A stretch of DNA of 64,000 nt from NCBI GenBank assembly GCA_963771355.1, contig CAVYTA010000006.1:352001-416000 (forward strand). The letters are read 5' to 3'. The stretch comes from an uncultured Candidatus Rokubacteria bacterium (GTDB lineage: Bacteria; Methylomirabilota; Methylomirabilia; Rokubacteriales; CSP1-6). The number at the start of each line of letters is the position of its first letter. Within the stretch, counting starts at the first letter, position 1. The position numbers and the translations under genes were made by a program. Shown here one piece after another: positions 1 through 10,141 of the stretch. The notes below the pieces were generated by a model that was not told the origin of the DNA, did not search any database, and saw nothing but the letters and a program-made list of their open reading frames with translations.

Positions 1-1158
1 ATTCTCGATGGCGATGACCGCCTGGTCGGCGAAGGTCTTCAGCAGCGACCTCTCGGGGGCGGCGAAGCGACCCGGTTCCCGGCGCGTCACCACGATGGCC
101 CCCACCGCCTGTCCATCGTGCAGCATGGGTACGGCGAGCAAGCTTCGGATCCCGAGTATTCGCCCGGTATCCCGTGACATCTTGATCGCGGAGGAATCCT
201 CTGTGTCCGGAACCTCATACTCCGAGCGCGTCAGGACCGCGAGTCCCGGGACAGAGTCTCTGCCCACCGGCCGAGGATACCGAGCGCGGGCGGTAGCGAG
301 CGCTTCAGGGGAGCCGCCATAGTTAGCCGGATGGTGCAGCATCCCGCCCTCGACCCGGAACACTGCCGAAGTGGCTCCATTACAGAGCCGCAGGGCGCTC
401 CGCACTATGGTGTCGAACACCGGTTGAACGTCGGTAGGGGAGCTCGAGATGACACGCAAGATCTCGGCCGTCGCCGTCTGCTGCTCCAGCGACTCGGTCA
501 GGTCACGGTTACGGGTCTCGAGCTCCTTGAAGAGCCGCACATTCTCGATGGCGATGACCGCCTGGTCGGCGAAGGTCTTCAGCAGCTCGATCTGTTTGTC
601 GGTGAAGGCCGAGGGCTCCAGGCGCCAGGCGTTGATGACACCGACAAGTTGGCCTTCACGGAGCATCGGCACCGACAAGATGCTGCGCGCCCCATCGAGC
701 GAGTAGGACGGCACCTTCGCCGGAGAGAACCTGGAATCGGCGAGGACGTCCGCCACGTGGACCACGCTGCGCTCCAGCGCCGCCAGTGCGACCGGGCTCT
801 GACCTGCCTGCGGCCGGGCGCGCGCCGTCCGAAGAAATTCGGCGAAGCGCGGTGACACATTCTCGGTGGCCGCCGCGGTCAGCGCCTCGCCGTCCCAGAG
901 GAAGAGGATGGAGAAGCTCGCCTCACAGAGACGGTTCGTGCTGGCCAGGATCGTCTTGAAGACCGGCTCGACGTCGGTGGGTGAACTGCTGATGACGCTA
1001 AGGATTCGGCTCGTCGCCGTCTGTTGCTCCAGGCTCTCGGCCAGGCGCTTCGCCATCTCACGACGCTTGGCGGTTTCGTTCTTCAGCGCCCTCCGGGCGG
1101 CCGCGAGAGCGGGTTTGACTTTCGCCCTCGCGGGCTTCGCACGCTTCGCCTTCCGCAT
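1..1158 (-). CDS. Tandem-GAF sensor protein (N-terminal part; runs off the left edge, output domain not visible)
   Basis: Not in the ORF track because it lacks a stop. ATG at 1158 opens 386 codons: MRKAKRAK...LEQQTATSRILSVISSSPTDVEPVF...LLKTFADQAVIAIENVRLF...LEQQTATAEILRVISSSPTDVQPVF...LLKTFADQAVIAIEN, i.e. two GAF units with a 540-nt period. Confidence 0.9.
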   Translation of the reverse strand, partial: MRKAKRAKPARAKVKPALAAARRALKNETAKRREMAKRLAESLEQQTATSRILSVISSSPTDVEPVFKTILASTNRLCEASFSILFLWDGEALTAAATENVSPRFAEFLRTARARPQAGQSPVALAALERSVVHVADVLADSRFSPAKVPSYSLDGARSILSVPMLREGQLVGVINAWRLEPSAFTDKQIELLKTFADQAVIAIENVRLFKELETRNRDLTESLEQQTATAEILRVISSSPTDVQPVFDTIVRSALRLCNGATSAVFRVEGGMLHHPANYGGSPEALATARARYPRPVGRDSVPGLAVLTRSEYEVPDTEDSSAIKMSRDTGRILGIRSLLAVPMLHDGQAVGAIVVTRREPGRFAAPERSLLKTFADQAVIAIEN

Positions 1159-1170
1159 GTCCGCGATTGA

Positions 1171-2235
1171 CTACGCGCGCTGGAGATCGCGCGTGAGCGC
1201 CGGGGCCACGTCGGACGCGAAGAGCCGCATGGAGCGGAGCGCATGCCGGGTGTCGAGCCCGGGCAGCGCCATCAGCAGCAGCACTCGCTGATAGCCGGTG
1301 GCCTGGAGATAGGACTGCAGCCCCTCCCGCACCTCGCCCGGCGTGCCGACCAGGGCCCAGCCATCGTCCAGATAGCTCTGGAAGGAGCGCAGGCGCAGCA
1401 GCGAGCGGTCGAAGGAGCCGGGGACGGAGCCGCCGGTGGCGTCCGAGCGTAGCGCCGCCATCTTCCGCTGATAGCCCATGAAGGCGGGCTCCACGGCCTC
1501 GAGGGCCTCGCCGCGGTCGGGCGCCACGTGCACCACCCGCATGCCCCAGGATCGGCGCTCGAGAGCCTCGATCTCCGCAGCCGTGCGGCCCGCGGCGGTG
1601 GAGGCCTCCCGATACACGGCATGCCGCCGGACGAGCTCGTCCACCGGCACGAAGAAGGACGACTGGGTGGGCAGGCCGAGGAGCGCGGCCGAGCGCACGC
1701 TGTCCTCGCTGTTGGCGGCGATGTAGAGCGGGGGATGCGGGCGCTGCGTGGGGCGCGGGCGCACGTGGAGGCCCTCGGCCGAGTGGAACCGGCCCTGGAA
1801 GTCGAAGGGCGCGCCGCTCCAGCACTGCCGCATCAGGGCGATGCCTTCCTCGACCCGGCCGCGGCTGTCGGCGCGGTCGGACTGGAACGTCTGGTAGTCC
1901 TGCAGCGTGCCGCCGCGCCCGATCCCCACCTCGAGACGGCCCCCGCTCACCACGTCCAGCACCGCGAGCTGCTCGGCCAGGTCCACGGGATGGTGCAGGG
2001 GGAGCAGGCTCACCCCCATGCCGAGGCGCAGCGTGGTGGTGCGGGCGGCGACGAAGGCAGCCAGGACCGGGGGGACGGGACAGAGGCCGTAGTCGTTGAA
2101 GTGATGCTCGGCGATCCAGGCCGAGGAATAGCCGAGGGCTTCGGCGGCCAGCATCTGCTCGAGCGCGGAGTCGTACACTGCCGCCTCGCTCCACTGCTCG
2201 TCGCGCTGCATGAGGAAGAAGAGACCGAATTCCAT
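1171..2235 (-). CDS. LLM-class flavin-dependent oxidoreductase (luciferase-like)
   Basis: MEFGLFFLM...WIAEHHF...LRLGMGVSLLPLHHP...GRLEVGIGRG; start trimmed to ATG 2235. Confidence 0.9.
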   Translation of the reverse strand: MEFGLFFLMQRDEQWSEAAVYDSALEQMLAAEALGYSSAWIAEHHFNDYGLCPVPPVLAAFVAARTTTLRLGMGVSLLPLHHPVDLAEQLAVLDVVSGGRLEVGIGRGGTLQDYQTFQSDRADSRGRVEEGIALMRQCWSGAPFDFQGRFHSAEGLHVRPRPTQRPHPPLYIAANSEDSVRSAALLGLPTQSSFFVPVDELVRRHAVYREASTAAGRTAAEIEALERRSWGMRVVHVAPDRGEALEAVEPAFMGYQRKMAALRSDATGGSVPGSFDRSLLRLRSFQSYLDDGWALVGTPGEVREGLQSYLQATGYQRVLLLMALPGLDTRHALRSMRLFASDVAPALTRDLQRA

Positions 2236-2246
2236 GAGTCCCCCGG

Positions 2247-3086
2247 TCAGGATTTCATGACCTTCGCGTAGGCATCGAGCCGCGGCAGGATCGACTCGCG
2301 CCCCTCCGACGGCAGCCCGAAGATCGCGCGCACCACCCCGGCGGCCGCGAGGCCGTCCAGGACCTCGCGCTTGGGGGGAGCGAAGAAGATGGAGACCGGC
2401 GCGGAGCGGGGATCGCGGCCGGCCTGCTTCAAGCGCTCGTGCAGCTCCGCGATGCGCGGCACCGGGTTGGTGTGGGGCCGGAGGATCGGCATCCAGCCGT
2501 CGCCGAACTCCACCACCCGGTCGAACGTCTTCGCTCCGTCGCCGCCGATGATGACGGGCGGGTGGGGCTTCTGCAGCGGCTTCGGGTCCGCCCAGATCTT
2601 GTCGAAGCGCACGAACTCGCCCTGGAAGCTCGCTTCCTTCTGGGTCCAGATGGCCTTCATGGCGAGGACGCGCTCGCGGAGGAGCCGCCAGCGGCTCTTC
2701 CACACGGTGCCGTGGTTCTCCATCTCTTCCGCATTCCAGCCACCCCCGATGCCGAAGAGGACCCGACCGCCCGACAGGCGGTCGAGGGTGGCCACTTCCT
2801 TGGCGGTGACGATGGGATCGCGCTCGATGACGAGACAGATGCCGGTGCCGAGGCGAAGCCGCTTGGTGGCCCCGGCCGCCGCCATCAGCGCGACGAAGGG
2901 GTCATAGGCCGACCAGTACTCGCGGGGCAGCTCGCCGCCTCCCGGCCAGGGGCTGCGCCGGCTGGCGGGAATATGGGTGTGCTCGGGGAACCACACCGAC
3001 TCGAAGCCGCGCTCCTCGAGGGCCCGGGCCAGGTCGTCCGGGGCCATCGAGTACTCGGTGGGGAACATCACGACGCCGTGGTCCAT
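2247..3086 (-). CDS. LLM-class, probably F420-dependent oxidoreductase (Rv2161c-like)
   Basis: MDHGVVMFPTEY...GFESVWFPEHTHIP...LGTGICLVIERDP...GGGWNAEEMENHG; AAGGAGG SD precedes ATG 3086. Confidence 0.9.
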   Translation of the reverse strand: MDHGVVMFPTEYSMAPDDLARALEERGFESVWFPEHTHIPASRRSPWPGGGELPREYWSAYDPFVALMAAAGATKRLRLGTGICLVIERDPIVTAKEVATLDRLSGGRVLFGIGGGWNAEEMENHGTVWKSRWRLLRERVLAMKAIWTQKEASFQGEFVRFDKIWADPKPLQKPHPPVIIGGDGAKTFDRVVEFGDGWMPILRPHTNPVPRIAELHERLKQAGRDPRSAPVSIFFAPPKREVLDGLAAAGVVRAIFGLPSEGRESILPRLDAYAKVMKS

Positions 3087-3238
3087 GATGGGCCTCCTTG
3101 GGCTCGCGGCCAAGCATACGCCAGGCGGGACCGCCCGTGCTCGCCGGTCAATCGGGCACACGTTCCGGACCCCGCGAGACGCCGTCACGCGCTGAGCGCG
3201 TCGCGCGCAGGGCATCCCCGCTGCGGTAGCATGGGCGG

Positions 3239-4339
3239 GTGACACCGCCCGGCCATGTCGTGGTGTGCGGCGCCGGCGTCGTGGGCGCCGCGGTCGCCTA
3301 TTTCCTCGCCGAGCGCGGGGTGGCGGTCACCGTGGTGGAGCGCACGGGGGTGGCCTGCGCCGCCTCGGGCAAGTCCGGCGGCTTCCTCGCCCTGGACTGG
3401 TGCGACAGCTCGCCGCTGGGTCCGCTGGCCCGCGCGAGCTTCGCGCTCCATGCCGACCTCGCCCGCGAGCTCGGTGCCGACTATGGCTACCGGCGCATGG
3501 ATACCTTCATGGTGGCCGCGCGCGAGGGGGCGGCCGTGCGCGGCGGCCACCGGATTCCCGCGCCGTCATGGCCCAAGCCGTCATGGATGGACGGCCGCGC
3601 CATCGTCGCGAGCACGCTCGGCTCCACCGAGACCACCGCGCAGGTGCATCCCGCCCGCTTCACCACCGCGCTGCTGGACGCCGCGCGGGCGAAGGGCGCC
3701 ACCCTGCGCCTGGGCGTGGTGGAGGGAGTGGCGGTGCGCAACGGCGTGGCCCGCGGCGTCCAGGTGAGCGGCGAGACGCTCGTCGCCGACGCCGTGGTCC
3801 TCGCCCTGGGCCCGTGGACCAGCCGCGCCGCGCGGGGGCTGCGCCTTCCCGCGGTGCGCGGGCTCAAGGGCTATAGCGTGACGCTCGCCGGGGCGGACGT
3901 GCCCGCGCACGCGCTCTTCATGGACTACCGCACCGCCGACGGCCGCGCGCTGGAGCCCGAGATCATCCCGCGGCCGGACGGCGAGGTCTATGTGTGCGGG
4001 ATGGCCGATCGGCAGCCGCTGCCGGAGTCGGCGGAGGGCGTGGAGGTCAGCGAGGCCGCCTGCGCCGTGCTCGCCCGCGCCGCCGGCCAGGTCGCCGCAA
4101 TCCTCGCCGGGGCGACCGTCACCCGGCGGCAGGCCTGCTATCGTCCCGTCACCGACGACGGGCTCCCCCTCATCGGCCCCGTGCCCGGCGTCGCGGGCGC
4201 CTACGTGGCGACCGGGCATGGCCCCTGGGGCATGCTCAATGCGCCCGCCACCGGGCTCGCGCTGGCGGAGCTGATCGCCGGCGGCGCGGCGAAGGTGGTG
4301 GACCTCCGCGCCTTCGATCCCGCGCGCTTCCGCGCGTAG
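3239..4339 (+). CDS. FAD-dependent oxidoreductase (D-amino acid oxidase/glycine oxidase family)
   Basis: VVVCGAGVVG Rossmann motif, ASGKSGG, C-terminal ATGHGPWGMLNAPATG. Confidence 0.88.
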   Translation: MTPPGHVVVCGAGVVGAAVAYFLAERGVAVTVVERTGVACAASGKSGGFLALDWCDSSPLGPLARASFALHADLARELGADYGYRRMDTFMVAAREGAAVRGGHRIPAPSWPKPSWMDGRAIVASTLGSTETTAQVHPARFTTALLDAARAKGATLRLGVVEGVAVRNGVARGVQVSGETLVADAVVLALGPWTSRAARGLRLPAVRGLKGYSVTLAGADVPAHALFMDYRTADGRALEPEIIPRPDGEVYVCGMADRQPLPESAEGVEVSEAACAVLARAAGQVAAILAGATVTRRQACYRPVTDDGLPLIGPVPGVAGAYVATGHGPWGMLNAPATGLALAELIAGGAAKVVDLRAFDPARFRA

Positions 4340-4340
4340 C

Positions 4341-5399
4341 TCAGCGGGGGGCGCGGAGACCGGCGGCGGCGAGGCGCGGGAACACCGTGTCGCGGAACGC
4401 GGCCACCTCCGCCTCCGGTGGGGCGAAGGTCAGGAGCGGCATCAGGTAGAGGTTCCGCACTCCCAGCCTGGCGAGCTCGACCACGCGCGCGGCGCAGTCC
4501 TCCGGCGTGCCGATGAGCCCGATGGCGTCGCAGAGCTGCGCCACCACCTCGTCGGGGACGAATGACGTGGCCTTGATGGCGGCCTCCCAGTCATGCGCGT
4601 GGGAGAGATCGGGATAGACCTGGTGTACCGCGGCGGGGATCTCGAGCGGAGGCAGCGTGAGGCCGGCGGGCCCGAGCCAGTAGCCGCCCCAGCGCAGGAT
4701 GCCCCAGTGCACCGCGGTGGGGCGCGCCATGCGCCGCGCCTCCTCGGTGGTCTTCATGGTCGCCGTCCGCACCGCCCAGATGACCTCGAGGTCGTCGACC
4801 TTTCGTCCCGCCCGCCGGGCTCCGCGCTCCAGATGGCCGAGCGCGGTCTCCACGATGCCGCGATTCGATCCCACCAGCAGGAGCACGCCGTCGGCGACCT
4901 CCCCCGCCACCTCGATGGCCTTGGGGCCGGACGCCGCCATCAGGACGGGGATGCGGCGACCCGAGGCGTAGCCGAGACGTCCCGGCGTGCCTCCGAAGTC
5001 GACGGACTTGCCGGCCAGGAGCTCGCGCACCGACTGGATGCAGGCGCGCATCTCGGCCAGGGTGCCCGGCGCGCGGCCGATGGTGCTGGCCGAGGTGTAG
5101 CCGGTGCCGATCACGAACTTCACGCGTCCCGGCGCCAGCTCCTCCACGGTCTGGATCGCGCTCGCCAGCACGGACGCGTGACGGGTGAAGGGATTGGTGA
5201 CGGCGGGAAAGAGCGCCATCCGCGACGTGTGCGCGGCGGCCTGGCCCAGCACCACGAAGGTGTCGCGGCTGAGGAGCTGGCTGTCGAGGATGCCGGCGCC
5301 GTCGAAGCCCGCCGCCTCGATGGACTGGATGAAGCGCACGAGGTCGGGCATGGGCGCGGTGCCGGGGACACGGAGGTGGACGCGGACGGGCTCGCTCAT
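4341..5399 (-). CDS. LLM-class oxidoreductase (Mer-like)
   Basis: MSEPVRVHLRVP...GFDGAGILDSQ...PAVTNPFTRH...MAASGPKAIEVAGEVADG; the upstream part of the track ORF is antisense to the ABC substrate-binding gene. Confidence 0.88.
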   Translation of the reverse strand: MSEPVRVHLRVPGTAPMPDLVRFIQSIEAAGFDGAGILDSQLLSRDTFVVLGQAAAHTSRMALFPAVTNPFTRHASVLASAIQTVEELAPGRVKFVIGTGYTSASTIGRAPGTLAEMRACIQSVRELLAGKSVDFGGTPGRLGYASGRRIPVLMAASGPKAIEVAGEVADGVLLLVGSNRGIVETALGHLERGARRAGRKVDDLEVIWAVRTATMKTTEEARRMARPTAVHWGILRWGGYWLGPAGLTLPPLEIPAAVHQVYPDLSHAHDWEAAIKATSFVPDEVVAQLCDAIGLIGTPEDCAARVVELARLGVRNLYLMPLLTFAPPEAEVAAFRDTVFPRLAAAGLRAPR

Positions 5400-5505
5400 T
5401 GGTCGGGGTCCTCGCTGCGGCGGAGTATAACCTGCGCGTGATATAGTTGGCGCCGCTCGATCCGGTGAGCCTGGCGCTTCACTCCAATGACGGAGGGCCC
5501 CCTCG

Positions 5506-6723
5506 ATGACCGTCCCCGGCCGCATTCTCACGCTCGCCCTCGCCCTGGCCCTGGCCGTGCCCCTGGTCGGGCCTTCGCCCGCGCCCGCCGTCGACGACGT
5601 CAAGATCGCGCTGGTCGCCCCGCTCTCCGGCCGCTGGGCGCGCCAGGGACAGCTCAAGAAGATGGGCGCGGAGATGGCGATCGAGGAGATCAATAGCCAG
5701 GGCGGCATCAAGGCCCTGGGCGGCGCCAAGATCGTCCTGCGCGAGGCCGACGCGGGGGACAGCGTGGAGAAGGCGGTGAGCGCCGCCCAGCGCGTCCTCA
5801 CGCGCGAGAAGATCAGCGCGGGCATCGGCTCCTGGCTCAGCTCGTTCACGCTGGGTGTCACCGAGGTGGCGGAGCGGCTGCAGGTGCCGTGGCTATCGCT
5901 CTCGTACGCGGACAGCATCACGGAGCGCGGCTTCAAGTACACCTTCCAGACTTCCCCGGTGTCCTCCCAGCAGGCGGAGCAGGCCCTGGACCTGGTGGTG
6001 GACCTCGCGAAGAAGAACAACCAGCCGATCAAGAAGGCGGCGCTGGTGGGCGACAATACCGCCGCCACCGTATTCTTCTTCAAGCCGCTCCGGGAGAAGC
6101 TGCTCAAGGAAAAGGGCATCGAGCTGGTGGTGGACGAGGTGTGGACGCCGCCGCTGGCGGACGCCACCTCCATCGTGCAGAAGCTCCGCACCACCCAGCC
6201 CGACCTCGTCTTCTACGGCGCCACCAATTTCCCGGACTCCATCCAGGTGCTCCAGAAGGTGAAGGAGTTCGGGCTCAAGACCCATATCCAGGGGGTGGGC
6301 GCGTGGCTGGTCACCCCGGAGTACGTGACCACGGTGGGCAAGGAGCTCCTCGAGAGCATCCAGTCCGTCGTCGCCTCCCATCCGCTCAAGGGCCAGGAAG
6401 AGCTGGTGAAGAAGTTCGTGAAGCGGACGGGCGAGCCCTTCATGACCCAGGATCCGCTCTGCACCTACGCGCATGTCTGGCTCATCAAGGAGGCGGCCGA
6501 GCAGGCGAAGTCGGCCGACCCCAAGGCCATTCGTGACGCCCTGGCCAAGATCGACCTGACCACCGGGCCTGCCGCCGGCGCGCTGGCGCCGGGGCGCATC
6601 CGGTTCGACGAGCGGGGCCGCCGGATCGGCGCAGTACCGCTCATCGTGCAGTGGCAGAAGGGCGAGCCGTACACGGTGGTGCCGGCGAACCTGGCCACGC
6701 GGCCCATCGTCTGGACCAAGTAG
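5506..6723 (+). CDS. Branched-chain amino acid-type ABC transporter substrate-binding protein
   Basis: Signal peptide, VKIALVAPLSG, first gene of a Liv-type ABC cluster. Confidence 0.9.
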   Translation: MTVPGRILTLALALALAVPLVGPSPAPAVDDVKIALVAPLSGRWARQGQLKKMGAEMAIEEINSQGGIKALGGAKIVLREADAGDSVEKAVSAAQRVLTREKISAGIGSWLSSFTLGVTEVAERLQVPWLSLSYADSITERGFKYTFQTSPVSSQQAEQALDLVVDLAKKNNQPIKKAALVGDNTAATVFFFKPLREKLLKEKGIELVVDEVWTPPLADATSIVQKLRTTQPDLVFYGATNFPDSIQVLQKVKEFGLKTHIQGVGAWLVTPEYVTTVGKELLESIQSVVASHPLKGQEELVKKFVKRTGEPFMTQDPLCTYAHVWLIKEAAEQAKSADPKAIRDALAKIDLTTGPAAGALAPGRIRFDERGRRIGAVPLIVQWQKGEPYTVVPANLATRPIVWTK

Positions 6724-6745
6724 CGCGCCGCCCCGGCGCGCCGTC

Positions 6746-7636
6746 GTGGCCAGCGAGCTCACGCAGTACGTCGTGACGGGCCTGCTCGTGGGGGGCGTCT
6801 ATGCCCTCATGAGCGTCGGGCTCGCTCTCATCTTCGGCGTCATGCGCGTGGTGAACTTCGCGCAGGGCGACTTCATGATGCTGGGGATGTACCTGACCTA
6901 TTTCTACGCGGTGGCGCTGGGCATCGATCCGCTGCTCGGCGCGCTGGTGACCATCCCGCCCTTCTTCGTGGCGGGGCTCGTCCTCCATCGCGTCTTTCTC
7001 GCGCGCGTCACCGGGGGCGGCGACCCGAATCGCGAGATGGATGCCCAGCTCATCCTGACCCTCGGCATGTCGCTCATCATCACCAATGCCACCACCATGA
7101 TCCTCTCGCCCACGCCGCGGGCGATCCGGACGGCCTACGCCACCCAGGCGTTCGCGCTCGGGCCGGTGCTGCTCAACCAGGCGCGGACGTATGCCTTCCT
7201 CATGGCGATCCTGCTCTCGGGCGCGATGTACGCCTTCCTCACCCGGACCGATCTCGGCAAGGCGCTGCGCGCGGCGGCGGACGATCCGGAGGCGGCGAGC
7301 TATCAGGGGATCAACGTGCGCGCGATGCACGGCGTCGCCTTCGGGGTGGGGATCGCCCTGGTGGCGGCCGCGGGCGGGCTGCTCGCCACCTACTACCCGA
7401 TCGAGCCCAATGTCGCCGTCAACTTCATCGTGCTGATGTTCGTCGCCGTGGTTCTCGGTGGCCTGGGGAGCATACCCGGCGCTTTCGTGGGGGGGCTCGC
7501 GATCGGGCTGGTGCAGTCCCTCACCCTGCTCGTGCTGCCGCTCCAGCTCCAGAACGTCGGGGTCTTCGTCGCGTTCCTGGGGGTCCTCTACGTGCGGCCG
7601 CAGGGTCTCTTCGGCCGCCGCGCCCGGACCGTCTAG
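6746..7636 (+). CDS. livH: Liv-type ABC transporter permease (LivH-like)
   Basis: GLLVGGVYALMSVGLALIFGVMRVVNFAQG; VVLGGLGSIPGA; RPQGLFG. Confidence 0.9.
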   Translation: MASELTQYVVTGLLVGGVYALMSVGLALIFGVMRVVNFAQGDFMMLGMYLTYFYAVALGIDPLLGALVTIPPFFVAGLVLHRVFLARVTGGGDPNREMDAQLILTLGMSLIITNATTMILSPTPRAIRTAYATQAFALGPVLLNQARTYAFLMAILLSGAMYAFLTRTDLGKALRAAADDPEAASYQGINVRAMHGVAFGVGIALVAAAGGLLATYYPIEPNVAVNFIVLMFVAVVLGGLGSIPGAFVGGLAIGLVQSLTLLVLPLQLQNVGVFVAFLGVLYVRPQGLFGRRARTV

Positions 7637-7638
7637 CG

Positions 7639-9444
7639 GTGATGCCCCGCGCACGCGGCTGGGTGGCCATCGCGGTGGTGGTGGGGGTGGGCCTGGCTCT
7701 CTCCCTCGTGATCTCCGAGCGCTATCACCACCGCGTCCTGACCCTGGTCTTCCTGTGGGCGACGATGGGATTGGCCTGGAACATCATCAGCGGCTACGCG
7801 GGGCAGATCTCGTTCGGGCACCAGGCCTTCTTCGGGATCGGAGCTTATGTCACCGTGCTGCTCGCCGCCAACTTCAAGCTCATCCCGTGGATCGGCATGC
7901 TCGGCGGGGTGGGAGCCGCCGTGCTCGCCGCGATGCTCATCGGCACGCCGACGTTCCGGCTCGCGGGCATCTACTTCGGACTGGCCACGCTCGCCTATCC
8001 CCTGATCTTCCGGATCGTCATGGACTACCTGGGCTACCAGGAAGTCGCGATCCCGATGAGGCGCGAGCAGCCGGCGCTCTTCATGCAGTTCGAGGATCCG
8101 CGCGCCTTCGACCTCCTCGCCCTGGGCATCCTGGCCGCCACCCTGGTCCTGTCCCGCCTCGTCGAGACCTCCCGGCTGGGCTACTCGCTCCGCGCCATCA
8201 AGGAGAACGAGCAGGCGGCGGAGGCCATGGGCGTGAACAGCTTTCGCTGCAAGATGTACGCGTACATGCTCAGCGCGGCCCCGGCCGCCGTCGCCGGTGC
8301 CGTCTACGCGCACGCCATCCTCTTCGTGGTGACGCCGGACGCGGTGTTCGGGGTGCTCGTGATCGTCCAGACCCTCACGGTGTGCCTGGTGGGCGGGGCG
8401 GGGACCTTGTGGGGGCCGCTCATCGGCGCCGCCATCATGATCCCGGTGAGCGAGACCCTGGACACCACGCTGGGCGACCGTCTCCCCGGCATCCAGGGCG
8501 TGGTGTACGGCGCCGCGCTCATGGCGGTGATGATGTTCGCGCCGGAGGGGCTCTACTGGCGCGTGCGCTCGGTGTGGAGCGGGCGGGGCGGGGAGACGGT
8601 GCGGATGGCGCGCGCCGCGCCGGTGCTCGCCGCCGCGCCCCTCGCGGCGCCGCCGGCGCCGCGGGCATCGGGCGCGCCGCTCCTGGAAGTGCGCGGCGTC
8701 TCCAAGGCCTTTCTCGGCCTGCAGGCGCTGTCCGACGTGAGCTTCGACGTGCGCGAGGGCGAGATCCTCGGGATCATCGGCCCGAACGGCGCGGGCAAGA
8801 CCACGCTGTTCAACGTCCTCAACGGATTTCTCCTGCCCGACCGGGGCGAGGTTCGCTGCCTCGGCGCGCCCACCACGGGCCTTCAGCCCCACGAGATCTG
8901 CCGCCGGGGGATCGGGCGCACCTTCCAGGTGATGCGAATCTTTCCACGGCTGACCGTCGAGGAGAACGTGATGGTGGGCGCGTTCGTCCGCGACCGCGCG
9001 CCGGATCGGGCGCGGGCGCGCGCCCAGGAAGCACTCGAGCGCGTGGGTCTCCGGGATCGCGCCGGACTCGTGCCCACCGGCCTCACCACGCTCGAGCTGC
9101 GCCTGATGGAGCTGGCGCGGTGCCTCGCCACCGGACCACGCTTGGTGCTTCTTGATGAGCCGCTGGCCGGGCTGTCCACCGACGGCGTGGAGCTCATGTC
9201 GTCCATGATCCGGCAGGCGCGGGCGGCGGGCGTCACCGTGGCCATCATCGAGCACACCATCCAGGCGCTGGTCAAGCTGGCGGACCGGCTGGTGGTCCTG
9301 GATCAGGGCCGTCCCCTCGCGGAAGGCCTCCCCGGCGAGGTCACGCGGAATCCCCTCGTGATCGAGGCGTATCTGGGCAAGCGCTGGCTCGCGCGGCACA
9401 TGGCGGCTCAGGGAGCGGGCGATGCTGAAGATCACCGGTCTTAG
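7639..9444 (+). CDS. Fused LivM-like permease + LivG-like ATP-binding protein
   Basis: N-terminal WNIISGYAGQISFGH permease; C-terminal GPNGAGKTT Walker A and LLDEPLAG. Confidence 0.9.
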   Translation: MMPRARGWVAIAVVVGVGLALSLVISERYHHRVLTLVFLWATMGLAWNIISGYAGQISFGHQAFFGIGAYVTVLLAANFKLIPWIGMLGGVGAAVLAAMLIGTPTFRLAGIYFGLATLAYPLIFRIVMDYLGYQEVAIPMRREQPALFMQFEDPRAFDLLALGILAATLVLSRLVETSRLGYSLRAIKENEQAAEAMGVNSFRCKMYAYMLSAAPAAVAGAVYAHAILFVVTPDAVFGVLVIVQTLTVCLVGGAGTLWGPLIGAAIMIPVSETLDTTLGDRLPGIQGVVYGAALMAVMMFAPEGLYWRVRSVWSGRGGETVRMARAAPVLAAAPLAAPPAPRASGAPLLEVRGVSKAFLGLQALSDVSFDVREGEILGIIGPNGAGKTTLFNVLNGFLLPDRGEVRCLGAPTTGLQPHEICRRGIGRTFQVMRIFPRLTVEENVMVGAFVRDRAPDRARARAQEALERVGLRDRAGLVPTGLTTLELRLMELARCLATGPRLVLLDEPLAGLSTDGVELMSSMIRQARAAGVTVAIIEHTIQALVKLADRLVVLDQGRPLAEGLPGEVTRNPLVIEAYLGKRWLARHMAAQGAGDAEDHRS

Positions 9445-10129
9445 CGTCGCCTACGGCGGCCTGCACGCCCTCGAGAACGTGTCGCTCGAGGTGGCCGAGG
9501 GCGAGTTCGTCACCATCGTCGGCCCGAATGGCGCGGGCAAGACCACGCTCCTGCGGGCCATCTCGGGCTCGGTCCGGGGCGGGGCGGGCCGCCTCGAGTT
9601 CCGCGGGCGGGACATGACGTCGCTCGCGGCGCATCAGCGCGCCGCGCTGGGCATCGCGCATGTGCCCGAGGGACGGCGCATCTTTCCCTCGCTCACCGTC
9701 CTGGAGAACCTCGAGCTGGGGTCGTACCGGCGCGCCGCGCGCGCGCAGCGGGGCCCCGAGCTGGAGGCCGTGCTCACCCTGTTCCCCGTGCTCCGCGCGC
9801 GGCGCCAGCAGCTGGCGGGCTCGCTCTCCGGCGGCGAGCAGCAGATGCTGGCGCTCGGCCGCGGCCTCATGGCGCAGCCGGATCTGCTCCTCCTCGACGA
9901 GCCGTCCCAGGGCCTCGGCCCGCGGATCGTGGAGCTGATCTTCGAGACCATCGATCGCATCCGGAAGAGCCGCCGCCTGACCATCCTGCTCGTCGAGCAG
10001 CGCGTGGTCGAGGCGCTGGAGCTCTGCGATCGCGGGTATGTCCTCGAGACCGGGCGGGTCGTGCTGGAAGGGGCCCACGACGCCCTCCTCGCCGACCCGC
10101 GTGTCCAGCGTGCCTATCTCGGTGTATAA
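9422..10129 (+). CDS. livF: Liv-type ABC transporter ATP-binding protein (LivF-like)
   Basis: GPNGAGKTT, LSGGEQQML, LLDEPSQGL. Confidence 0.92.
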   Translation: MLKITGLSVAYGGLHALENVSLEVAEGEFVTIVGPNGAGKTTLLRAISGSVRGGAGRLEFRGRDMTSLAAHQRAALGIAHVPEGRRIFPSLTVLENLELGSYRRAARAQRGPELEAVLTLFPVLRARRQQLAGSLSGGEQQMLALGRGLMAQPDLLLLDEPSQGLGPRIVELIFETIDRIRKSRRLTILLVEQRVVEALELCDRGYVLETGRVVLEGAHDALLADPRVQRAYLGV

Positions 10130-10141
10130 GAGGACCCTGCC

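Noticed and set aside
3562..3586. GCCGTCATGG duplicated at a 15-nt period (PSWPKPSW) in the FAD oxidoreductase
   Set aside because: Small in-frame duplication in a probable loop; no evidence of function.
7639..9444. Permease-ATPase fusion in the ABC transporter
   Set aside because: LivM-LivG fusions are a common, known architecture.
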